IMG/VR virus record: IMGVR_UViG_3300047557_004034
Span: 32,001 to 96,000 of that record
Reading direction: 5' to 3' (one strand)
Source of the DNA: a virus
Length of the DNA: 64,000 nucleotides
Shown here one piece after another: positions 56,801 through 64,000 of this stretch. Position 1 is the first letter of the stretch. Every line of letters starts with the position of its first letter. The notes beneath the pieces are model-generated. The model was not told the DNA's origin and searched no databases. It worked only from the letters and a program-made list of their open reading frames with translations. The position numbers and the translations under genes were made by a program.

Positions 56801-59412
56801 CCGTTTGTTGTATTGAATGTGTTGTCGTAGCTACCGTTAGAATTAATTCTTACAATATGTTCCGCAACATTACCGTTATAATTTGTAAACGAACCTGCAA
56901 CAATCAATTTACCATCAGATTGTCGTGCAATAGAGAAAACCGAATTATCAGGTAATCCATTCAAGAATGAATTATCTAAAGTTCCATTACTGTTTAATCT
57001 ACAGAAATAATTTACAGGATTTCCATCATAATTTGAAAACTGACCACCTACTAATATTTTATCATCAGGAAGTACGAGTAACGATGTAATTGTACCATCA
57101 AATCCTGTACCTGTAATGAATGTTGCATCATAAGAACCGTTTGTATTCAATCTCACAATTCTTCCTGTTGGATTTCCGTCAAAAGAAGTGAAATTTCCAC
57201 CATAAACGAATTTACCATTGGATTGAGCTTCAAAATATGTTGGGTGTCCCCCAACAAATCCCGTACCCAAATTATAACTTGTATCTATATCTCCATTCAA
57301 GAAAAGTCTTACTAAACCTGGAGAGCTAGTACCACTAAAAGTATTGAAAGAACCTGCGACATATAGTCTATCACCATATTGGTCAATGTGGTTCACATTA
57401 CCATCGTTTGGTCCGTATTCTACACAAGCTTGAGAAGTACTTGGAGTAATAGTTACGGTAGGTGTAAATGTTGGTGTAATTGAAGTTGTTGGTGTAATTG
57501 TAGGTGTAGGTGTGACCGTTGGTGTTGGAGTAGGTGTTGCTGTTGCGGGTACTGGTGGTTCTTCACATTTTAAACAGAATGGGTCTAATAACCCGTATCT
57601 ATTTTTCAAGAGTCTGAAGTTGTGTCTAACTTGACCAGCGTTCAATGGTTCAGAATACATTCTAAATGCGCTAATATCACCAATGAAACTACCACCAAAA
57701 AACTTTTCCAAACGAATGTGAGTTGTCAAGCCCGAATATTCAGTTTCATCTAAAATTTCTGTTGTTAAACACTCAGGGTCTTGTTGATAGGTCATGCCCG
57801 TTAAAGTCACGGGACAACCTGAAAGTGTTAAGTTATCGTGTAATCCTTGTGTTCCCCCACCCAAAGAAATATTATATGCAACACCCACTTGTGTTTCACG
57901 AGCGGTGTTTAGAGGTCTTGGTATAATTTCTTCGAAGTTTTCAACAACCAAAAATAATTTACCATTGACGTAAAATCTAAAAGAACCTAATCTATCATTT
58001 TTTTCATCTACCCATCTTTCAGTGATATTAACGACTTCGACTGTCGCTGGGTCATAAGGTATTTCTTGTGTTATTGGTGGTTCAATAAGACTAACACTAT
58101 TGTGAGCTGATGACGCAGTGAATACTGTTTTGACTATTTCACCCAACCCACCTTTATAAAGTAAGTCACAATCATCCCAATAGGTATATCTTTGGAAGAC
58201 TGCATCAATCTGAACCCATCTTTCTTCTTGACTATAAGTTGTTCCTGAACAATCATCAAAAATTCCTCTTGTTGAACACCATTCAGTTACACTTGTTCCG
58301 GTAGTGTAAGTTATTCCTGTAGAACAAACTCCGGTAGTTTCACAACCACCAGTTATTCTATAAGTTTTTACACACAACCTTGGACTACCTGTATCACCAC
58401 TGAGTCTCAAAGATAAAGCATTCGAAACACCATCATATAACGGGTTTAACTCAGGGATGGATGCATATGTAGTACAATTACAAGGACAATTTCCACAGGC
58501 ACAATTCTGAGAAGTAACTCCAGATTGTTGATAAACATATCCACATGTTGATGCGGTATACCCTGTTTGAGAACAACCGCAAGTTTGTAGACAATTTAAT
58601 CCTTCTGTTACTCTTGTATAACCCGAATCAGTTATCGGTGAACCATTTGCATAATGATAAAATTTGTTTTCTGCTCTAGTTCCATAATAGAAGAAAATAC
58701 CTTTGTTGTCAGGATACCTTTCATTCAAACCTACGCTCGTATCACCTGTCCATCTGTATCTTAACATGAACTCTGATGACCAACCTAAATTAAATCTTTC
58801 AGGTAAAACTTCATAATCATAACCAAATGACTTGTAAAATCCTTGGTAAAATCCTCCGTCGAATTTTATATAATTTCCGACAGCATTTGCATCATTATCA
58901 ATTGATAAATTATATGTGTAAGAATCGTCGTTATATATTCTATCAGAAGTAGTTGTGAACCCTGTGATTGGGTGCATCTTAAATCTTCTATCGTATTTGT
59001 ATCTTGAAAATTTATCCGCAGTAGAAGTATATAATCCTGTATTTAATTCTATCGTTTCGCCTGAAAATCTTTTTACCAAACCATTATCCATCCCTGTCAG
59101 ACCAACATCACACAATTCAGTTTTTGCAGAACAAACCAACAAATCGATTCCTAAAGGGTTCCAATAATTTTCTGAAACAATTACGTCACTATCAAAGTTA
59201 CCACAATTGATACAATTAATAGTGTTTGGACTATTGATGTCAAAATTTAACGGCATCCTATTGCCGTCATCTTCACCTATTAAAAATGGTGAAAAAATAA
59301 CTTCTTCATCGTAATCACGTTCATCCGATGCCAATGAGATATCGGTAATTTCATTTAGAGGTTTAAGATATAACCTCTTGAACACATATTGATTTATATT
59401 CTGATATGACAT
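53881..59412 (-). CDS. Large multidomain fibre/adhesin-like protein: LamG-like domains, delta-60 beta-propeller repeats, mucin-like Thr-Pro linkers
   Basis: 1843 aa; repeated QxDGKI(I/L)xxGxFTxY...RLNxxGxxDxTF (delta-60); two C-terminal LamG-like modules (LDA...SYPGSGT, YDP...SYSGSGT, FNGTSS, WYQVVG, LYING); five (TP)n tracts. Confidence 0.8.
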   Translation of the reverse strand: MSYQNINQYVFKRLYLKPLNEITDISLASDERDYDEEVIFSPFLIGEDDGNRMPLNFDINSPNTINCINCGNFDSDVIVSENYWNPLGIDLLVCSAKTELCDVGLTGMDNGLVKRFSGETIELNTGLYTSTADKFSRYKYDRRFKMHPITGFTTTSDRIYNDDSYTYNLSIDNDANAVGNYIKFDGGFYQGFYKSFGYDYEVLPERFNLGWSSEFMLRYRWTGDTSVGLNERYPDNKGIFFYYGTRAENKFYHYANGSPITDSGYTRVTEGLNCLQTCGCSQTGYTASTCGYVYQQSGVTSQNCACGNCPCNCTTYASIPELNPLYDGVSNALSLRLSGDTGSPRLCVKTYRITGGCETTGVCSTGITYTTGTSVTEWCSTRGIFDDCSGTTYSQEERWVQIDAVFQRYTYWDDCDLLYKGGLGEIVKTVFTASSAHNSVSLIEPPITQEIPYDPATVEVVNITERWVDEKNDRLGSFRFYVNGKLFLVVENFEEIIPRPLNTARETQVGVAYNISLGGGTQGLHDNLTLSGCPVTLTGMTYQQDPECLTTEILDETEYSGLTTHIRLEKFFGGSFIGDISAFRMYSEPLNAGQVRHNFRLLKNRYGLLDPFCLKCEEPPVPATATPTPTPTVTPTPTITPTTSITPTFTPTVTITPSTSQACVEYGPNDGNVNHIDQYGDRLYVAGSFNTFSGTSSPGLVRLFLNGDIDTSYNLGTGFVGGHPTYFEAQSNGKFVYGGNFTSFDGNPTGRIVRLNTNGSYDATFITGTGFDGTITSLLVLPDDKILVGGQFSNYDGNPVNYFCRLNSNGTLDNSFLNGLPDNSVFSIARQSDGKLIVAGSFTNYNGNVAEHIVRINSNGSYDNTFNTTNGFNNTVSELAIQPDGKIICAGAQFTTYSGVSANRIIRLNVDATIDNTFNYGTGFNAQVLSIGLQTDGKILAAGQFTSYSGVSSYKIIRLNSNGSFDNTFDNGIISSTGVLFIGQLQNTRIAIGGIDISYYDGDIVYNWAILNENGGLIDCTLIPVSQTPTNTQTPTMTPTVTPSHTTIFESCSIIRFIYVGPQNPTFEFTDCSGNTIQMTGVEDWSNDFCGDYNSVLIISGDGRYSYVGPCPDPSIYNPTTLQLGYNFLDPNASCSASTTTYYQSPSESLVVGDHIYSDYSLDPYFYVTDGYYSDGTNVYIVTGNTGYIDSIIPCPNVTPTQTPTNTPTPTPTMPDSNFLLQENYSMILQQDGFGILIQASSPSPTPTTTETPTQTPTESETLTPTPTLTNTPTTSVTETPTETPTNTPTETETPTPTTTPTITETPTNTPSETPTLTPTITETPTPTITPTITETPTNTPTVTPTPNIVTSGLIMQLDANKTESYPGSGTTVFDLTGSFDNTLSGGATFTTLNGIKCFDCSTGTESIQVIGTGPSLPTTGYTYVTWAKVIPSSAGWRSLLRTNNNLPILVQVGTDDLGYYNFTFQDSGYNITADEDVWVQYAVVGDNTSSVFYINGTQVGSVAFGAGGDTHVMWGNNLLAGQSFGYLANLYFYNRKLNFSEIGQMYDFLSPSFIEMTPTATNTPTNTETPTITPTPSITPTNTISPTPTSTSTPTVTATNTPTNTTTSSPTPSSTPGQPVTSNLVLYYDPSNPSSYSGSGTVINDLSSNGLNGTMSNITFTSPYFTFNGTSSQISVADNALLEPGSSDWSIEFWVNHSVIAGASRILIAKTDGGASADWGYGLRTVANSNTFMEVGNGGVTSVTSPLTGLSINTWYQVVGVWTNVASNSIALYINGNLIGSNSHSFASIKNTTSPLYLGSFNGGQFSQWLNGRMGVVRMYSKSLSGSEVLQNFNADKSKYGL
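55370..55695. repeat. Longest Thr-Pro (TPTxT) coding repeat tract
   Basis: [16 protein letters not shown]...TVTPTP, roughly 105 aa. Confidence 0.85.
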
Positions 59413-59421
59413 AATCTATAG

Positions 59422-59450
59422 AATAAATACACTTTGTGTGTGTATTTATA
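59422..59450. promoter_or_regulatory. Back-to-back divergent TATTTAT promoters forming a 10-bp inverted repeat
   Basis: ataaatacac (59423-59432), 7 nt, gtgtatttat (59440-59449), between divergent ATGs at 59412 and 59460. Confidence 0.65.
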
Positions 59451-59459
59451 GTAAAAAAG

Positions 59460-60269
59460 ATGATTAGTATAGATAAAGAATATTTTTCAAACCCTTACTA
59501 TTTTTTGCTAAGGGAGAAAGGAGAACACTATTCACTTTATTTCTCTTCAGAAAAAACATTGACTGAAGCAAGGAAAAAGGATAAAGTGATTAAAATACCA
59601 AAAGATAAGTTGAAGAAGGTTGAGAAATATTTGGAAAAATTACTGAAACAGGATGAAAAAAAATCTACCGAAGAAATGAATGGTGAGATTGAAGAGTTGG
59701 TAAATGCTGACGGTAACATGATGAATTCAAAAATTCCAATTTTAGACCCAAGATTACATCCGAGAAAAACTATGGACCAATCAATTGCAATGGCAAGACA
59801 AACAAATGACCCTGTAATTAGAGGTTATAGAAATTATTATGGTTACGGTATGGGTGAAGCGGATATGTCTAAAGCATTTGGGTATGAGGAAACAAAAGAT
59901 TTAGATGGTGAGGAGACTTATGAATATTATAAAGATGAATTAGAAATGGAACCAGAAGAAGCAAAAGAAAGAACAAAACAACAAGGAAAAGACCCTTCAG
60001 GTAAAAAAGACGAAAAATCACCATACTACGATGAGAAAGGATTTGTTACGAAGGCAACAATATCTGAAATTCAAAAACAAAAAATGATTAAAGTTTTAGA
60101 AGACATGCTCACAAGAAAAAAAGATACAGGTAAAAGTGATTTGTCAACAAAAGAAAATGAAGAAGAACTTCCTCTTTTGGTTAGAAGAAATTTAAAATCA
60201 CTTTTGAAGAATATTGATAAACACGGGATTTCAAAGGAGCAAATTATAAAACAAATAAAGGGTGAATAA
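59460..60269 (+). CDS. Hypothetical Lys/Glu-rich protein
   Basis: ORF from track; start moved to ATG 59460, downstream of TATTTATA. Confidence 0.7.
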   Translation: MISIDKEYFSNPYYFLLREKGEHYSLYFSSEKTLTEARKKDKVIKIPKDKLKKVEKYLEKLLKQDEKKSTEEMNGEIEELVNADGNMMNSKIPILDPRLHPRKTMDQSIAMARQTNDPVIRGYRNYYGYGMGEADMSKAFGYEETKDLDGEETYEYYKDELEMEPEEAKERTKQQGKDPSGKKDEKSPYYDEKGFVTKATISEIQKQKMIKVLEDMLTRKKDTGKSDLSTKENEEELPLLVRRNLKSLLKNIDKHGISKEQIIKQIKGE

Positions 60270-60738
60270 GGATTTATATAATAGTGCTAGTGGTATTGTG
60301 GAATTCCCAAAAGAAATGAGGGAACACATGACAATTTGTTTCAAGAAAGCAAATTGTCAAGATGAAAGTTTAGAAGGGTTCAAAAGAAACAAAGAACTAC
60401 AATCTCAAAAAACTATAGATTATAAACAACTAAAAAGGATTAAAAATTTCTTTGATAACTTCCAAGGAAAACAAGAAGATTTACCATTCATTCTTAATGG
60501 TGAGTTTAAAATGAAAACATGGGTTGATAATCAACTTAGAAGAATGAGAGAGGGTATTCATCAAACCAAACAAAATAAAATGGATACTGGTATGGAAAAT
60601 CAATTTATGGACCCACATCAAAAAGATAAACTTGTTGATGTTAGAAAATCAAAAGAACATAAAAATACTTTATCAAAATACGACGTTGAAGTCACAGAAT
60701 CCCTAAGAAGGATAAATCAACTAATCTCAAAAATTTAA
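60262..60738 (+). CDS. Hypothetical protein
   Basis: 158 aa, GTG start overlapping the previous stop. Confidence 0.7.
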   Translation: MNKDLYNSASGIVEFPKEMREHMTICFKKANCQDESLEGFKRNKELQSQKTIDYKQLKRIKNFFDNFQGKQEDLPFILNGEFKMKTWVDNQLRRMREGIHQTKQNKMDTGMENQFMDPHQKDKLVDVRKSKEHKNTLSKYDVEVTESLRRINQLISKI

Positions 60739-60742
60739 AAAT

Positions 60743-61042
60743 ATGGCAAACGAACTTACTTTAGATTTATCACAAGATGTCCCTAATGCTCTTACTGCTA
60801 TTGCAGACCAAGAAAGAGCAAAATTAATACCTAAAAACGATTATAATGCCGTTGGTAATGAATACTCTTCAGTAAACAGAGACGCAGTTGCTGATGGTGA
60901 TAATAAAGGTAGAGGTACTGGAGTTTATTTAGACGTATACAACCAAAGTGCTGGTGATAAAACAGACATCGCAGAAAGACAAAACGAAATCAAAATCAAC
61001 AAATTTAACGCACAAAAACCCTATCCTAACTTCCAGTTATGA
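60743..61042 (+). CDS. Hypothetical protein
   Basis: 99 aa, tightly coupled in the operon. Confidence 0.7.
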   Translation: MANELTLDLSQDVPNALTAIADQERAKLIPKNDYNAVGNEYSSVNRDAVADGDNKGRGTGVYLDVYNQSAGDKTDIAERQNEIKINKFNAQKPYPNFQL

Positions 61043-61419
61043 GACTAAACACAACACTTAAGAATTTAATTGTTGAAATCGCCTCAATCGAGAGCGTAGT
61101 TGATTGCATCAAAAACAAAAAGAAATGCATTATCTACTACGATGGTGATGAACCTGGTGGACGTGGTCTGAGGGAAATAGAACCTGTTTGTTTAGGAACA
61201 AGTAAAGCAGGTAACAAAGTATTAAGAGCTTGGGACGAAGAAGGTGCGTCACACACAGGATATAAAGGGGAACAACCCCTCCCGGGTTGGAGGTTATTTA
61301 GATTGGACAAAATACTTTCACTGAAACCAACTGGTGAAAATTTTTCAGAAATGAAACCAAATTTTAATCCAAATGGTGACAAAAGCATGACAAATGTTAT
61401 TATTGTAGCAAAATTTTAA
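61039..61419 (+). CDS. Stand-alone WYL-domain protein
   Basis: IYY...REIEPVCLG...LRAW...GWRLFRLDKI pattern. Confidence 0.75.
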   Translation: MRLNTTLKNLIVEIASIESVVDCIKNKKKCIIYYDGDEPGGRGLREIEPVCLGTSKAGNKVLRAWDEEGASHTGYKGEQPLPGWRLFRLDKILSLKPTGENFSEMKPNFNPNGDKSMTNVIIVAKF

Positions 61420-61421
61420 TT

Positions 61422-61985
61422 ATGGAACAATTAATGCAAAAACTTATGGTATCAAAAGCAATAATGGATAAAACCAATAATATTGCTAGAGGTGCAACAC
61501 AAGGGGTTTCACTCCCTTCAACAGAATTACAAAGTTTTCAACCAACTGACGCAAAATATAATATTCCACAAGAGTTTCTTGGGGAAGCACCAATCTCTCG
61601 ACCAACTAAAAATCCTTCAGTCCCAACTGTTGATGCAATCAAGAATTCTAAGTTACCTGATGCAATTAAAAAGTTGATGATTGAACATCCCATAGTTCCA
61701 CCACAAATGCAGACAGGTCCAACTCTTTCTAATGAACTTGTGGAAAAAGCATCAAGGTTAATGAAAGATTCAAAACAAAATAATATTACACCAACAACAT
61801 CACAACAACAAATTCCTTCTAATATACCTAACCTCGAAAAGATGGTTGAAAATGCTGTCAGAAAAGTTTTAAAAGAAGAAGGACTTTTAACAGAATCAGA
61901 GGAAAAAACTAGTGAGGTTTTTAGTTTCAAAGTAGGGAAACACATTTTTGAAGGAAAAGTTACCAAAATCAAAAAACTACAGTAA
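61422..61985 (+). CDS. Hypothetical protein
   Basis: 187 aa; SKLPDAIKKLMIEHPI and C-terminal FKVGKHIFEGKV. Confidence 0.7.
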   Translation: MEQLMQKLMVSKAIMDKTNNIARGATQGVSLPSTELQSFQPTDAKYNIPQEFLGEAPISRPTKNPSVPTVDAIKNSKLPDAIKKLMIEHPIVPPQMQTGPTLSNELVEKASRLMKDSKQNNITPTTSQQQIPSNIPNLEKMVENAVRKVLKEEGLLTESEEKTSEVFSFKVGKHIFEGKVTKIKKLQ

Positions 61986-62038
61986 GACTTTTTTTATTGA
62001 GAAAACAAAACTATATTTTGACATAGAAATAAAATAAT

Positions 62039-63250
62039 ATGTCAAAAATTAAAGTTTTATGTTTACCGTCCGACCGAACAGGTGTCGGAAAATTTAGGTC
62101 TGTTGACCCTCATATTGCATTACAAAATCAATATCCTGATGATTTTCACGTAGATATCGTATATGACCCCCCAATGGAAGACGATAACTTTTGGAAAGGT
62201 TATGATATTATTTCCTACCACAGAAGTATCGGTACCGACTTCGATTTAGGTAATTTAATGATTAAAAAACTAAACAGTATGGGTATACCTACTGTTTGCG
62301 ATATTGATGATTATTGGATGCCAGGTAAAGAACACCCAATTCATGACATAATCAGGGTAAATAAAATCAACGAAAAGATTGTTAACAATATACGTGATTC
62401 AAAATATGTCACAACAACGACAACTTTATTTGCAGACGAAATAAAGAAGACAAATAAGAATGTTACAATTTTTCCCAATGGGATAAATCCAAACGAAGCC
62501 CAATTTAAAGAACCCACACCTGAATCTGATAGAATCAGAGTTGGGTGGTTAGGTGGTTCTTCACATCTTCATGATTTACAACTTTTGGAACAATCGTTCA
62601 GTAAATTGATTCCTTTGAAAGATAAAGTTCAATATGTTCTTTGTGGTTTTGATACCAGAGGAAGTGTTACTGAAATTAATAAGGAAACAGGAGAACAAAA
62701 AAGAAGAGATATTAAACCTGAGGAAACTGTGTGGGCAACTTATGAAAAAATATTCACTCAAAATTTTCAGATTATATCAGAAGACTACAAAAAACATCTT
62801 TTGAATTATAACCAAGATGAATACTCTGACATGGTAAATGAATCGTATAGGAGAGTATGGACTCAACCCGTGACATCTTATGCAAAAAATTATTCCAAAT
62901 TTGATATTTCTTTGGCTCCGCTAAAAAATCATATGTTTAACAGAATGAAATCTCAATTGAAAGTAATTGAATCAGGTTTCTATAAAAAAGCATTAATTGC
63001 ATCAAATTTAGGTCCTTACACAATAGATTTGAAACATTGTTTAAAAAATGGTAACTTTGTCGACGGTAATGCTTTATTAGTAGATGAAAACCGTAACCAC
63101 TCTGATTGGGCTAAGTATATCGAAAAACTTGTGAAAAACCCTAACTTAATCAAAGATATGGGTGAAAGATTGTATGAGACAGTTAAAGATATCTATGACC
63201 TTAAAGTTATTACCAAAAACAGAGCAGAATTCTATAAATCTATTATATGA
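62039..63250 (+). CDS. GT-B fold glycosyltransferase (GT4-like)
   Basis: TGVGKFR, DIDDYW, VGWLGGSSHLHDL and DISLAPL...FNRMKSQLKVIE motifs. Confidence 0.8.
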   Translation: MSKIKVLCLPSDRTGVGKFRSVDPHIALQNQYPDDFHVDIVYDPPMEDDNFWKGYDIISYHRSIGTDFDLGNLMIKKLNSMGIPTVCDIDDYWMPGKEHPIHDIIRVNKINEKIVNNIRDSKYVTTTTTLFADEIKKTNKNVTIFPNGINPNEAQFKEPTPESDRIRVGWLGGSSHLHDLQLLEQSFSKLIPLKDKVQYVLCGFDTRGSVTEINKETGEQKRRDIKPEETVWATYEKIFTQNFQIISEDYKKHLLNYNQDEYSDMVNESYRRVWTQPVTSYAKNYSKFDISLAPLKNHMFNRMKSQLKVIESGFYKKALIASNLGPYTIDLKHCLKNGNFVDGNALLVDENRNHSDWAKYIEKLVKNPNLIKDMGERLYETVKDIYDLKVITKNRAEFYKSII

Positions 63251-63948
63251 TAAATTTACCCGTAGAGAAACTTTTGTTCATTGATATTGAAACAGTTGGA
63301 TGTGCATCGACTTTATCTGATTTGAAAAAAAATGATGAAAAGTTATATTCACTGTTTGAACATTACGAGTCTTGGTTTAAAAAAAGGTTCCCTGAAGATT
63401 CCAATTTAACCTTGGAGGAACTATTCATTTCAAGAAGTGCATTAGTTCCTGAGTTCAACAGAATTGTCTGTGTATGTTTAGGACTTGTAGATATGAAAGG
63501 AAACTTTAAGACAACCGTTATTTCAAATATCGATGAAAAGAAATTACTTGAGGATACTAAAAAAACATTGGTAAAGTGTGGCGAAATGGGATATTGGTTG
63601 TGTGGTCATAACGTTAAGAATTTTGATATTCCAGTATTAGGTAAGAGGATGGTTATCAACGGTTTGATGCCTCCTAAAATTTTGCCTTCATTTGATACTA
63701 AACCATGGGAAGTTAAAGCTGTAGATACAAGAGACGTATGGCAATTTGGGCAATATGCCTCGATATCCACTTTGGACTTAATGTGTGGTGTGATGGGTGT
63801 AGAATCTTCAAAATCAGAAGATATGGATGGTTCTAAAGTCCACGACAACTTTTGGAATAAAAAAGATTATAGTAAAATAAACGAATACTGCGAGAAAGAC
63901 GTTCAAGTTTTATATAACGTAGTTTCAAAATTTATAAATTTAAAATAA
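63247..63948 (+). CDS. DEDD 3'-5' exonuclease (PolB-exonuclease-like, stand-alone)
   Basis: FIDIET, GHNVKNFDIP and YCEKDV (ExoI-III). Confidence 0.85.
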   Translation: MINLPVEKLLFIDIETVGCASTLSDLKKNDEKLYSLFEHYESWFKKRFPEDSNLTLEELFISRSALVPEFNRIVCVCLGLVDMKGNFKTTVISNIDEKKLLEDTKKTLVKCGEMGYWLCGHNVKNFDIPVLGKRMVINGLMPPKILPSFDTKPWEVKAVDTRDVWQFGQYASISTLDLMCGVMGVESSKSEDMDGSKVHDNFWNKKDYSKINEYCEKDVQVLYNVVSKFINLK

Positions 63949-64000
63949 TGGATAAAGAATTATTCAATTTAGTACAAAAAGAATTCGATAGACTCAAAAA
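63948..64000 (+). CDS. 5' fragment of next gene (truncated by window)
   Basis: TAATG coupling; MDKELFNLVQKEFDRLK. Confidence 0.55.
   Translation, partial: MDKELFNLVQKEFDRLK

Noticed and set aside
1-64000. Stop-codon reassignment, as seen in some large phages
   Set aside because: Genes are full length under code 11, and TAA, TAG and TGA all end genes at sensible positions
1-64000. tRNA or other structured RNA genes
   Set aside because: Intergenic gaps are short and explained by terminators and promoters; no cloverleaf seen by eye (tRNAscan-SE/Infernal not run)

Overview
AT-rich, densely coding 64-kb segment of a large T4-like (myovirus, probably jumbo) bacteriophage using the standard genetic code. 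The host is probably Bacteroidota, inferred from TTTG-N19/20-TAnnTTTG-type promoters and A-rich leaders without Shine-Dalgarno sequences. The window interleaves three kinds of genes. (1) Tail and baseplate morphogenesis: gp6- and gp25-like wedge, hub, LysM/gp53-like protein, a large baseplate protein with an OmpA-like domain, tape measure, tail-assembly chaperone pair, tube, sheath, and gp13/14/15-like neck proteins. (2) Replication and recombination: class II RNR, DnaB-like helicase, 5'-3' exonuclease, RecA/UvsX, gp32-like SSB, PolB, SNF2 helicase and a 3'-5' exonuclease. (3) A nine-gene glycosyl/methyltransferase island (GT60-like polypeptide GlcNAc transferase, GT25, GT10, GT-A, GT-B, HtrL-GT fusion, three SAM methyltransferases) directly downstream of two Ser/Thr-rich fibre-like genes. 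The best candidate for an undescribed system is phage-encoded mucin-type O-glycosylation of the virion, with a recurrent [ST]-G-x-[ST] motif in structural proteins as a possible acceptor sequon. Other highlights are a candidate +1 frameshift (TTT_CGC) in the tail chaperone, a TATTTAT[A] late-promoter motif that is the reverse complement of the T4 one, a SET-domain plus SNF2 operon, and a stand-alone WYL protein. All family calls come from motifs recognised by eye; no database searches were run.
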